A DNA stretch of 63,250 bases, the filler included, from Squatina squatina (Eukaryota), in NCBI GenBank assembly GCA_031763465.1. It is 3 parts of 3 records of this genome, joined end to end, with 100 filler letters (N's around TTAATTAATTAA, not from the genome) between each part and the next. Parts side by side here need not be neighbours in the genome. Positions count along the whole stretch, not along the records: positions 33,069 to 63,250 come from JARFOE010000162.1; 2 more parts are not named here. One strand, written 5' to 3'. Below, piece after piece: positions 51,181 through 63,250 of this stretch. Made by a program: the position numbers and the translations under genes. The notes under the pieces were generated by a model that did not search any database, was not told where the DNA came from, and was given only the letters and a program-made list of their open reading frames with translations. Within the stretch, counting starts at the first letter, position 1, and each line of letters opens with the position of its first letter.

Positions 51181-51651
51181 GCNNNNNNNNNNNNNNNNNN
51201 NNNNNNNNNNNNNNNNNNNNNNNNNNNNNNNNNNNNNNNNNNNNNNNNNNNNNNNNNNNNNNNNNNNNNNNNNNNNNNNNNNTAGTGAGTTCCAGACTCC
51301 CACCACCCTCTGGGGGAAACGAGTTCTCTTCAAATCCCCTCTAAACCCCCTACCACTTACTTTAAATCTCTGCCCCTGGTTATTGATGTCTATTTAAGGA
51401 ATTCAAAGCACTGTTTTCTGAATATTTGTTTAGAGTTTTATTATCATTAAGAGATTTTCATTCTATGCTTTCAGTGTTTGTGAAGGACTCAAAATGACTG
51501 AAGTAGATTGTTGAGCCCCAGTCTACCTTTGACCTGGTCTGGACACATCCTCAACACTGCGATGGCAGGCTGTGCATAGGACAGTTATCCACAGTGCCTA
51601 CAGAACAAAGGAACCAATGTCAGGCAGGTAGAAGCAAATATCGAGTTGTAC

Positions 51652-51903
51652 CTTGGACAGGGGGTCGGCCTCCTCTTCATGCGCCGAGCTGGAGGGCGAG
51701 GGAGTGGCAGACTTGCTTCCAGGGGGCGAGGGAGAGCCGTGAGTAAGGCCGCTTCTACCCACGTTCAGGCTGACCTGAGCATTCAGTTGTGAATGGCTAA
51801 TGGCAGACATGTGACTAGGCGGCAGTATTCCTGACCGACTGACCATTGGGTGTTGAGGTCCTGAATCGTACGGAGGGCCTTCGAGATGGCCCATTCCATG
51901 CAT
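51652..51903 (-). CDS. TOX2: TOX-family HMG-box protein internal exon (252 nt), most like TOX2
   Basis: tttcttcaccag / gtacaa boundaries. [11 protein letters not shown]...[24 protein letters not shown] is the TOX signature; YDSG and SHMSA favour TOX2. Confidence 0.88.
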
Positions 51904-53204
51904 CTGGTGAAGAAAGATCAATTTGTAACAGCACGTTAGTTGCTTGGGCTAGGAACTCATTTCTGTAACATTTTTTCAAAGTAATAATTCCAGTAAAAAA
52001 AACACGGCTATATATTGGTCTTCCCAATGGTCATTGGCCCAAGTCCCAGGGTTGGCTGAGGCCAAGTTCCACCAGTCTTTGCCAGGTCACTAGGTAGACA
52101 TGAGGGAAGTGTGGCAATTCCATTTTGAGACTAGGAGCGGCTAAAGTCAAACAATGAACGAATTGGGGCTTAGTCATCTCAGCCCTTCTGCTGATGTCAG
52201 ACAGCTGTGGGCCCANNNNNNNNNNNNNNNNNNNNNNNNNNNNNNNNNNNNNNNNNNNNNNNNNNNNNNNNNNNNNNNNNNNNNNNNNNNNNNNNNNNNN
52301 NNNNNNNNNNNNNNNAAGGTACCTGGACCTGCACCTAAAGTGCTGTAAGCTGCAGGGCTACGGACCGGGTGCTGGAAGGTGGGATTAGAATAAACACCGA
52401 GTTGTTCTTCGAGCTGGCACGGACACGATGGGCCCCCTTCTGTGCTGTATCTTTTCCATGGTTCTATGGAATCCACCTTGTGTCCTAGCCAACATTTGCC
52501 CCTCAAGCAGCTCCACCAAAAGACATCTATTGCATTTGTAGTTGGTGGTACCTTGCTGTGCGTAAATTGGCTGTCATGCCTTCTTACAAAACAAGTAATT
52601 CATTGCCTGTTCTTTTGAAGTAAGTCCCTTGTCTTTGAGTATTCTGTCCATGCATGTGTCTGTGACATCCCGTCCCTATCGCACATTTATCAAATCGTTT
52701 TCCTTTGCTGGGAGTACATTCTAATTGTCTGCTCCTGTGGAAAAACCCTATTCTACCTGAGGCACATTATTTCTTGCCTTGTATTGGTTTGTACCACACT
52801 CAAGCACACAAATTAGCTGAAACTTTATATTTCAAACTTTACCTTGTTGCGGGATGTTTGGAGTGGTGGGTGCATTAGTTATTGATGTGTCTCTGAGATA
52901 GACAACAAAAACATAAAACAAACCAGGATAAGCACAGAAAGAGGTAACTTAAAGTAAGGCAATTCAGGAAGGACCATACCATCATCCAACTAAGGAGGGG
53001 AGTTGTGGATAACAGGTCCTGAACTCATGCATGATATAGAAGCCAGACCTCATTAGTGACAGTAAGGCAGGTTTATAGCAGTCTTGTAAAAAAGAACAGA
53101 TAAAAGTTATTTTAATATTTTGGTTCTCATTATGTAGTGAGTAGCAGTCCTTCACAGTGAATGTATGATGAGTTCAAATGTAAGCTTGCAGTGCAGCTAA
53201 CATT

Positions 53205-53277
53205 AAGCAGCGCCTCCAACAGAGCAGCACCTCCAACCGCAGCACCTCCAACAGAGCAGCCCCTCCAACAGAGCAGC
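53205..53277. repeat. Short ~17-bp tandem repeat (AGCAGCACCTCCAACAG), about 4 copies
   Basis: Directly visible. Confidence 0.8.
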
Positions 53278-54489
53278 GAGCTCTGACCCAACAGAATAAA
53301 GCTGAGGCATTATTTCCTTCCTTTCAGTCTCTGATTTTGCCCCTTCCTCTCTGCGCCAGTCACCTTGTTATTATCCAAGTGGCTGCTCTCCACGTGTGAC
53401 TCTGAGTATCAGTGAGCTGTTTAACAGCCGGTCCAGTCCTGTCCTGGTCCCATGTCCACAACTTTCCATCGGGGGTTGTTGGACAGCAGTTATGTGCGAG
53501 AACCCTGGCTGGTTGTCCCACACCTATCCCGGGCTCACACCGGCTGATTCTAGAGGTATCTGAGCTTCCACAATCCGTGCATGTCGGCTACAGACATTCT
53601 ACTGTATTCTACTTTGGCCAAGCAAGTTCCTGTGGCGTCGCCCTGGTTTGATGTTTGCCTATTTATATATTTTTTCCCTCCTTTTATTACTTGTCAAGAA
53701 AATTGTTCAAAATACTTCCTGAGAAGTGTGTGTTTTCACTTTGTGCTGACACTATCCATTGACACGATAGTAACCAACCATAGCAAGGGCTGTTGTCTTT
53801 GAGAAGCTGGTGAATTGTGGAGTAGAATCAGCTGTTGCCATAGTGATTCCAGCTGGAGATTCTGCATGTGGACACAATTGGAAACCGCGAGTGGGGGAGG
53901 TGTGTCTGAAGACAGCAAAAAACCTCAACAGGACAAACATCCCGAGTAGCCTTTGGAGCTTGTTAAACACGGTGCCCTCCCCAGCACAGATCCCTGCAGC
54001 TAAGATTTGTGGATATATGCTTAGAAATGTCAGCAAATGAAATATTTAATTCAGTTTACAGAGATTAATTCTCTGCTGCATTGTCTGGTCTAATAGTGAA
54101 CACTCCTTAAAAATATCTATGCAAATTGAAGGGTTTTTGTGCATATATCAAGGCATGTTTAAGATTTCAAGCAATTCCCTGGGTCTTTCGAGAAAGGCAG
54201 ATGAATACAAAGAAGTCATTTTGTCGGTAACAATCTGACTCTTAATATTGCCCCAGCCACATAGATCACCAGCAATGAATTCACTGCTCGGTCATTCAAG
54301 TGCTTTTTAATAGAGTTTTTTCAATTCATCCCACGCGGATTGGGAATTGCTCCNNNNNNNNNNNNNNNNNNNNNNNNNNNNNNNNNNNNNNNNNNNNNNN
54401 NNNNNNNNNNNNNNNNNNNNNNNNNNNNNNNNNNNNNNNNNNNNNNNNNNNNNCCCATGGCAATAGGTTGCCTCCAGTTCAATGTGTTC

Positions 54490-54795
54490 TCATTTTTGAT
54501 AAGTCTCTTGTGTGGAACCTTGTCAAATGCCTTCTGGAAGTCCATATAAATAACACCCATAAAGAATCTCTTATCTACCAGGTTAGTTACCTCCTCAAAA
54601 AAATCAACTAGTTTTGTTAGACATGACTGAGTCTTTACAAATCCATACTGGCCCTCGCTGATTAGTTCGTGCTTGTCCAAGTGCTAGGTTACTCTGTCTC
54701 TAATAATAGATTTTAGTAACTTCCCCACAACAGACGTTAGACTAATAGGCTTATAATTTCCTGGTTTATTTCTCTCACCCTTCTTAAATAATGGT
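54490..54795 (-). mobile_element. CR1 LINE RT fragment
   Basis: QYGFVKTQSCLTKLVDFFEEVT...IYMDFQKAFDKVPHKRL. Confidence 0.92.
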
Positions 54796-56253
54796 TCTGA
54801 GGAGCTGAGAAGAAAATTGTGTTGCGGTAAGAAGGGAAGTTAATTTAGCAATTAAATACAGCAATTAAATACAGCACCGATGACAGCATCACAGATGGAA
54901 TCTCATTTTGTTTCGATCAGTTGGGATGGATATGGGGTAAGCTTCTTGGCTTGACACCGTTGCCGTGACAACCTTGCTACACTGCGCGCTGCCGCAGATA
55001 CTGCTTCCATCGCTCCTAGTTTTTGGGGGGGTTAAAAGTTCACCTTAATTTGATCAGATGTCACTTCTGATATAGTCAAGAGTCCTTTTATTTTGAAATG
55101 TCATATTTCATTACACGACTCAGTCATTTCAGAGGTCAAGAGGTCACAAAGATTTGCTTGGTTAGCGAAGATGATATCATCTGTATTTAACCCCAGGCTG
55201 CCTGTGCACTGGCAGAGGAGCATTTTACAGTAACGGCAGTGTGTTCAATAACTAATATGGCCCAATCTGCATCAAGACAATATCCCCTCTGTTGGTGAGC
55301 GGAAAATAATGCACAAATATAAACAATCTTAACAAACAATGTCTAGTCAAACATGATCTGACTTAATTAGATTCAGACTTCAGACTGATGCTTGCCTATT
55401 CTCCAGAGATGAAACCATTGTTTACTGGAGTCCAGACAAACAGGCAGACCAAATTACCTTCAGCAAGTTGTTCCCGAAAGCATTGCTAACTCACAGAATA
55501 GATGGAAGAACACTGGACTATCCTATTGGACTATTCTAGAATAATTACCATTATTTATGGTAGATTCTTCTCTGCCTCCCCGGGGAGGAAGAGCAATGTC
55601 TCATTGCCAGTTCACAGCAGCTTGAGGATAGACTCCGAGTATAATCTAGAATGTTTGCCTTAAATAANNNNNNNNNNNNNNNNNNNNNNNNNNNNNNNNN
55701 NNNNNNNNNNNNNNNNNNNNNNNNNNNNNNNNNNNNNNNNNNNNNNNNNNNNNNNNNNNNNNNNNNNGATGACTTTCAACATTAAGCACTCAGAGCCTGT
55801 AAACCAGACTGCTCTACTGCAAAGTGCAGACAAAACAATTGCACTTACTCCAAAGAGTTAATTGGGCAGGAGAGAGGATGTCGAGTACAAGCCACTTTAA
55901 CTGAATATGGTAAACAGAGATGATGTGATAAGCACTGAGGCTGACTGCAATGGGCTCGGAGTTGCTGTGTATTGGGTTGTTACACCACAAGATCTGATAA
56001 GCTAAATGGAAAAAGTTTTGGTTTCCTTTAACATATAATTGGTTATCTTAATGCGATCTCAACATTTTAGAAAAAAAAGCTGAAAGATTAGTTGCACAGT
56101 TCCACCATCACGTGTTAAACACTAGTACCGCCTGCCGTTGAAGTGTTTCTGGTACAACAGAGTGTGAGAGTGAAGAGTGAGCCAGTACAATGAGAGCGTT
56201 CTGGGCAGGGACAGCACCGCAATGCTCTGTCAACTGTGTGGCTGCTTTAAAGG

Positions 56254-56395
56254 AAGAACGACGTGCATTTCTATAGCATCTTTCACGGCCACCAGATGTC
56301 CTAAAGTGCTTTACAGCCAATGAAGTACCTTTGAAGTGTACTCACTGTTGTAATGTAGGAAACACAGCAGCCAATTTGTGCACAGCAAGCTCCCA
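56254..56395 (-). mobile_element. Deu-type SINE 3' part
   Basis: Same family text as 10649-10765, extended by cagcagccaatttgtgcacagcaag. Confidence 0.7.
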
Positions 56396-58430
56396 NNNNN
56401 NNNNNNNNNNNNNNNNNNNNNNNNNNNNNNNNNNNNNNNNNNNNNNNNNNNNNNNNNNNNNNNNNNNNNNNNNNNNNNNNNNNNNNNNNNNNNNNCATTT
56501 GTGGAGCTGAACATCACCACTGAATTGTTGCACAGTTGCCTTGGGAAACCTTGATGCAGACATGCTCGCTGGAAATATGCTGATGAGCCCCAAGGCCCAA
56601 TTTCAGACAAGCCTTGCCCTCCGCCCACTGGTGCACATTCCGAGCACGTCGCCTACTTCAGGCTTAAAACAATTTCCTGGCCAGTGTTTTCAAAAAATAT
56701 GTTTCAATGAACCTACCCACTGACCTACATTACTTTCAAACCAAGTTGAACTCAGAGTGATGATCTCACCAGCAAAGGCTCGGCTGTGTACTGAAACACA
56801 GCACAGATGTGAATCCCTAAAATCGACATTCTGAGCAAGTATCGCTGTGGTAATAGGTCACAACATTTGCACTGATTCTGCAGTGATGGTGGCCGAGAGG
56901 GCGACTAACAGACACCGTAATGGCTGTGTGAATAAAGCATCATTATTTAAACAGAATTCCTTTGAAATGCGATTTAAGTAACTGGAAAAGAATTTGAAAA
57001 CTCCATTGTATAACAAAATAATAACGCCTGTCAATTTTTGATTTCTTCCCCGTACGCTTCCCACAACCTTGCTTCTCAGCTGCTACTGTGTTGTCGAATG
57101 TTACGATTTAAGAAACAAAGCATAAGGGGATCGCCGGAACACATTTGCCACACTGCACATAACTGCTGCACACTGTCAGATGCTGTAAATCTTAACCAGC
57201 AATGAAAAACAACTGGGAAAAAGCATTAGCCAATGCTCTTTTGTTTTTAAAGTGCATGAATCTTTTATACCTGATTGGAGTAGCTTTTAACAGCCCCATG
57301 AGGCAGTTGACCCAATTTCTTCATTCTTGCTTTCCATCAATGTGATTAGCTCTCTGACTTCCCAAAGAGACTCATGTCACAGTGTGTTAGAATATTGTCC
57401 TTTAACCTGCGAGACCTGCTCGGGGTCGAAGGGAACCCAATTGAGACTGAGAGGATGAAGGCTGGCACTCTCGGATGGNNNNNNNNNNNNNNNNNNNNNN
57501 NNNNNNNNNNNNNNNNNNNNNNNNNNNNNNNNNNNNNNNNNNNNNNNNNNNNNNNNNNNNNNNNNNNNNNNNNNNNNNCGACACAGACCTGCTGGGGCGG
57601 ATGGCCTGTTTCTGTGCTGTAAATTCTATATAATGGCTCGACAAAGGTCACCACCTTCAGGAGGAGAGCAAGCGAAAAAGAAAAGTAAGAGACAGCTTTA
57701 TGGCAGATTGTCCAATCACTCCCTGGAACAGGTATGTGATGTGCAAGCAATTTAGTCTGTTTAATGCTTGTAAAGTGACCCAGAGAATAACCTCTGCAGT
57801 ACATAATATCTAGAATATGATGCATCATCAACACACCCACAGCAGCAGTCACCACAGCAATAAAGGCTTGTGTTAGCTCTGAGGAAGGTTCAAATAAACA
57901 ATCTCAAACCAGCCAATAAATGAAGCAATAATTTCATTTCCCTTATTCCTCTCACCAAAGTGACATTTCACTAAAAGTGTGTTATCTGCTTTCACTAATA
58001 GCAACACCACAGGCCGAGAAGTGGCATTTATAAAAATCCCTGCTAATGTTTTGTTGACTATTTGCCATTTTATCACCCAGTGAGCAAGTAATTCATAATT
58101 AATATAATTACACACATGGCAGCCAGAGGACAAGGGATTTTTATGTCAAAACATTAACTAAGTCTGTGGAGTAAAAAGGTTTGCGCACGAACAGAGGGAT
58201 TAAAATAATCTGTTCAGATATTCATTGCAGAAGAGGGAACAGTACAGCAAGCTCGCTAATACACAGGGTCTGGAGCAGAACAGGTTACATCAGATTAACT
58301 AACGGCAGAAGAAATCTGGGAGCAGGAAGGGCAAGAGACAGACACTGAGGTTTGTGATTCACAACAGAGAATCACGGTAAAGATAAAGATCCCATGCAAC
58401 TGATCCATCAGTTTAGTGGTAGTAACGTTC

Positions 58431-58518
58431 CCGGGGCCCCCTGTAAACACTGACACACTCCCGGGGACCCCCTGTAAATACTGACACACTCCCAGGGCCC
58501 CCCTGTAAATACTGACAC
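58431..58518. repeat. 30-31 bp minisatellite (CCGGGGACCCCCTGTAAATACTGACACACTC); runs into a gap
   Basis: Three near-identical units are visible. Confidence 0.9.
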
Positions 58519-59965
58519 NNNNNNNNNNNNNNNNNNNNNNNNNNNNNNNNNNNNNNNNNNNNNNNNNNNNNNNNNNNNNNNNNNNNNNNNNNNNNNNNNN
58601 NNNNNNNNNNNNNNNNNNACATCCATCTTTCAGTGACCGCAATGCCAAGCGCATGGAAGCATATTTTTAATGATTACTCTCCGTCTCCCTCGCTCGGTGT
58701 CTCTCTCTGTCTCTATTGTTGGATGGAACAAAAAAAAAGAGAGAATGGGTAACACTCAATTAATCCTTGTCTCATATCCGTTTGTGGTCTGCAATAGTTC
58801 AGCCTCCATGCAAGACACAGATGCACACTTTGAACAGTCTTGCCATAATCAGTTCAGTAAAGTGGCACACAAAAAGTCTCAGATAGCAGACAAGCTAAGC
58901 AAGCAAATTGTTGCAAGAAAATGATGATGGTATTTTTTTTTCCTCCAGGGTCCCCGTGTCTGTTTTCTTTGTCTTTCTGTCTGTATCTCCCACACACTCG
59001 CTCTTTCTGTGTCTCAGTTTCTTTCTCTGCTGTCTGTTCTCAGCATGCCTCAGTGTGTTTACCCATGCGTTTAAGCTGAGGCTATCATTTGCTAGCTTTC
59101 TCCACATTGAAAGCCAAGCGACCTCTGCTGATAATAGAAGGGATATGGATGAGTGGGGGAGGGGAATATCTCAGGCTATACTGCACTTCAGATGAGGGAG
59201 CCTGATAAAATTGCAGCCCCTGACTGCACAAACACACATCAGGGACGGGAGAGAGTTTCAAATCCCTTCCACTAGAAACCCGAAGTGTACCCGTACACTC
59301 GAGTCCCTGAATTTGTTTTTTTTAACTGGGATNNNNNNNNNNGTTTCCTGGTTGAGAGCATTAGGACAATGTCAAAGCATTCCTCGCAGCACACTAAAGG
59401 TCCAGAATCTGCATGTACAACAAGCGGGCAAAATGGGTAGCACACGTCCTTACGACGTGCAGCACCCAAATTCTTTGAGAAGTTAACGTGTGTGAAATAA
59501 AGATTCTGTGCTGTTGGTGTTACCTGTTGTAAAGCAACGAGAGAAAGGCTGTGAGTAGGGAGGTGGGGGTGGGGGAATCATTTCAGGTTTCTTCACCCCG
59601 TTGCTAGCTTGCTGGGGACTTGATTGTCTCTTGGCTGTGATGCCTCTCCGTGACGGAATAGTCTTCCGACTCACACGTTAAACACGAGCCACTTGGATGA
59701 GGTACTGGGAAGATACCTGCAACTCTTCCCAACAAGAGTCCACCTTCCGAAGACAAAGGAAGAACATTTGGGTGGGAATATTTTTTTTAAAAGGCACTTG
59801 ATAATTTTTGAAGCCTTTTATTGCCCCTCTCTGATGTTGAATTTCAGATTGTTTGGTCTACAGGTNNNNNNNNNNNNNNNNNNNNNNNNNNNNNNNNNNN
59901 NNNNNNNNNNNNNNNNNNNNNNNNNNNNNNNNNNNNNNNNNNNNNNNNNNNNNNNNNNNNNNNNN

Positions 59966-60190
59966 TGCTATCAGCAACCTAGATTCCACACTCCTCAAAT
60001 GTCTCCCTAAACCATTCCGCCTCTCCACATCTCTCTCTTCCTTCAAAATCTTCCTTTTAAACGCACCTCCGACCTTCCTCATGTCTCCTTTCCTGGCTCA
60101 GCATCCATTTGTGTCTGATTATGTCTCTAGGAAACGCCATGGGACCTTTTTCTACATTAAAGGCACTATATAAATGCAAGTTGATGTAGC
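59966..60190 (+). mobile_element. L2 LINE 3' end
   Basis: Similar to 35627-35900; tail ttaaaggcactatataaatgcaagttg. Confidence 0.7.
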
Positions 60191-61135
60191 TTATAGTGGA
60201 TCTAGTTTCTGGTAACAGCTGTACCAGAATAATTCATGCACTGAGCTGAATCAGAGAGACGTGCCATTGCACCAGGTATGTTGAAATGTACATAAACCAG
60301 CCTTTTGTAATTTTATGACTTCCTCCTTGTGGAAACATGCGCGTAGTTCAAAAATGATATGCAATAAATTATTCATTACACATTTTGGAAGTAAATGGGG
60401 GGAAATAACTTCTTTTTTTTACCATACTCTTTCACCTAAGACACTTTTGAAATTTTACATTTTTAAAAAAGTTTGTCAGTTCTGCTTGAGTAAGCAACCG
60501 TGTTGCTCATTGAAGTGAGATGCATGAGGCAAAAAAAACACAAAAAGGGAAAGTTTGTCAGAGAAGAGCCATGAGAGCTAAGGCGAGGTTGACAATGGTG
60601 AACTATTGATGTCATTCCCATCAATTACAGCCTCAAACAAGTGACAGTTGGAAGTTTATTCAAATGTTAGATAATATAAAGGAAAAGAATACTGAGGATG
60701 GGGAAATGGAATAAATTATGTAAATTAACCCTTTGTGAACTCATCCACTTTGACCTATTTATGCACCAATCTTTTCTGAACTAAGTTTATAAGCTTTTCA
60801 GACAACACTTCAAGGGAAGGGGAGAAGCACAAGCCCCAGTGACTGTGCTTGGCCAAACTGATACTATTCTCTTATTTTAGGGAGGGTGGAAGAGATGAGG
60901 GGGAGTTTCATGCTCATCAATGGAGAATGGAACATTTTGGAATTCAGGCACCCAATGGAATGAAGAATATCCTCTGCACTTGCATTGGAGAGTCGAGGAG
61001 GGTGTGTTGCCCACTCGGTGCCAAAGTCAGGGATGNNNNNNNNNNNNNNNNNNNNNNNNNNNNNNNNNNNNNNNNNNNNNNNNNNNNNNNNNNNNNNNNN
61101 NNNNNNNNNNNNNNNNNNNNNNNNNNNNNNNNNNN

Positions 61136-61996
61136 AATATGTAAATTTCACCACTCCCTCTAGGTCTATACAGAAATTATTGATATACAGTGAACAGACG
61201 TGGTCCCAGAACAGAATCCTGTGGGACACCACTAACACTTCCAACCACATTGAAGAACTGCCCTTCATTCTTACTGTTTTCTCCCTTCTAACCAATCTTG
61301 CATCCAGTTACTATCCTGCTCCTAATTCCATACCTCTCAATCTATTCTACTGATCTCCCAAGGAGCAAATTGTCAAAGGCTTTCCTAAAGTCCATGTGAA
61401 CTAGAATCATATAGCACAGGAGGCCATTTGGCCCAGCGTGCCGGCTCTCTGAAAGAGCTACCAATTAGTCCGACTCCCCTGCTCTTTCCTCATAGCCCTG
61501 TAATTTGTTCCTTATTAAGTGGAGATCAAGTTCCCTCTTGAAAGTTACTATTGAATCTGATTCCACCACCCTTTCAGGCAATGCATTCCAAATCATAACT
61601 TACTAAGTAAATATTCCCTTTTTTTGCCAATTATTTTAAATCTGTGTCCTCTGGTGACTGATCCTTCTGCCAGTGGAAAGTTTCTCCCGATCTACTCTAT
61701 TTAAAAAAAACTCAATTTGAACACCTCTATTAAATCTCCCCCTGACCTTCTCTGCTCTAAGGAGAACAATCCCAGCTTCTCTAGTCTCTCCAGATAATTG
61801 AAACCCCTCATTCTTGGAACCATTCTAGTAAATCTCCTCTGCACTCTCTCCAAAGCCTAAAATGTGATGCCAGAATTAGACACAATACTCTAGCTGAGGT
61901 CTAACCAGGGATGTGTAAAGATTTGCGCAACTTCCTTACTTTTGTACTCTATGCCTCTATTTATAAAGCCAAGGATACCATATTCTTTTTTTAAAC
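61136..61996 (-). mobile_element. CR1 LINE fragments including a 3' terminus
   Basis: GILGFINRGIEYKSKEV; near-copy of 7544-7730 at about 61775-61920; CR1-type end tagaatcatatagcacaggaggccatttggccc. Confidence 0.85.
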
Positions 61997-62622
61997 NNNN
62001 NNNNNNNNNNNNNNNNNNNNNNNNNNNNNNNNNNNNNNNNNNNNNNNNNNNNNNNNNNNNNNNNNNNNNNNNNNNNNNNNNNNNNNNNNNNNNNNNAGCG
62101 TTGCTATGGTTTCCAGTCAAGCACTTTCTTGTTACCAATAAATTGGGTTTCCATGGAGCTGGCTTGTCCAGGTTGAAAATGAGGCTGAACTCTGCCGTTA
62201 CTAAGAGTGAAATTTATGTGCACAGAGAATCCCTTGAGGGGAGCAGCTGCTGTTGCCACATTGTAAAACAACATCTCAAACATGGGACCGATGTTAGTTC
62301 AAGACAGAAAAACCATATGTGTAAATGTCAAAGAGGTTCCTTTTTGAATTGTACTCACAGTTCTGCTCTTATTTGATCATGGAAGCAACAAACAGTAAAA
62401 ATCAAATGTGTCTAGTTTTCTTCTTTTGGTTCTTTTGCACAATGTTTCCGGTAATAATTTGCAACCATCTTCAGACAGAAAGGAATCAAAATTAGGCATT
62501 GAAAACAAAGATAGCCGGGCCCCCTTTCATTGCAAAGTTTATGCTGCAGCTCCGGGTTCTGTTGTGGCGAGGCTGTTATCTTCATTTTCCAAATGCTTAC
62601 TGTTGGTTATTTTGGTATCTCT

Positions 62623-62699
62623 ATACCATACCATATCATACCATACCATACTATACCATATCATACCATACCATGCCATATCATACCATACCATACCAT
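62623..62699. repeat. (CCATA)n pentanucleotide microsatellite
   Basis: Directly visible, about 15 imperfect units. Confidence 0.95.
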
Positions 62700-63250
62700 G
62701 CGCCCTCCCTGCTGATGCTGCTGTGAAAATGGCCTTAAGGATCTGCACCATTCGGGGTGATTGCCCCAAGCCCCAAAATTTACCTCCTTTCTTTTGGGGA
62801 AATATGCCTAAGATTAGGAAGTCAACATTTGGCTGTGTTTCCATGTCCTGCAGGTCCATTATGGGACATGCTGAGATCCAATGCAGTCTTCCACCACCGT
62901 CTGTCAAACGTGTCCAAATTAGGCCACGAAGCCTAGATTTCCTCTTTTGGTGATATTACCACCGGAATGGCTATTCAAGGGCTGAGACAGAAGCAAATGG
63001 AAGTGACTTCACCCAATTTTCCTGGGTCAACTCGCTAAAGTAACTTCACGTATATTTTTGGATTGATCACATTTAACTCAAATGTAACGGGATGGGACTT
63101 AAAGGGGAGTGTCACAGGGGGGCAGAAATTCCAATAGACTTTGGAGAGTTTCAAAAAGCATCTCAGCCCATTTGCAGCCTTTAGCAACACTGAAAGGTCA
63201 GGAATTATGAGAAAGAGAAAGAAAGGTTTGTTAGTGTTTGTTACTTACTC

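Noticed and set aside
52843-52892. Small minus-strand exon candidate upstream of the TOX2 exon
   Set aside because: Splice-like boundaries exist, but the frame needed to join the phase-0 TOX2 exon contains a stop and the peptide is not TOX-like.
62408-62953. 181-aa ORF with His/Tyr repeats
   Set aside because: Produced by the (CCATA)n microsatellite; no recognisable homology or splice support.

Overview
Eukaryotic (vertebrate) genomic DNA, most likely a cartilaginous fish such as a shark. This is inferred from the repeats: CR1, L2 and RTE LINEs, Deu-type SINEs, Harbinger and Gypsy remnants. The assembly is very fragmented: many ~1 kb contigs joined by N gaps, with two artificial N-TTAATTAATTAA-N linkers (17938-18037, 32969-33068) dividing the window into three blocks. 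Block 1 holds exon 1 and the promoter of an NR0B (DAX1/SHP family) gene, three SLC9A2-like exons, two TMEM182-like exons, and a ~210 bp fragment resembling a bacterial type I restriction-modification methyltransferase (HsdM). Block 2 holds KARS1 and NFAT5 exons on the minus strand, with the long NFAT5 3'UTR. Block 3 holds a divergent Src-family kinase exon (DFS in place of DFG), RBM12 (split in this assembly), copine (CPNE1-like) exons and a TOX2 exon. The best lead is a pair of duplicated copine C2B exons 48 nt apart, which look like sterically enforced mutually exclusive exons swapping a Ca2+-binding loop. Gene calls come from recognising the translated peptides and splice sites by eye; no database search was run. 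Linkage across N gaps reflects the scaffolding only.
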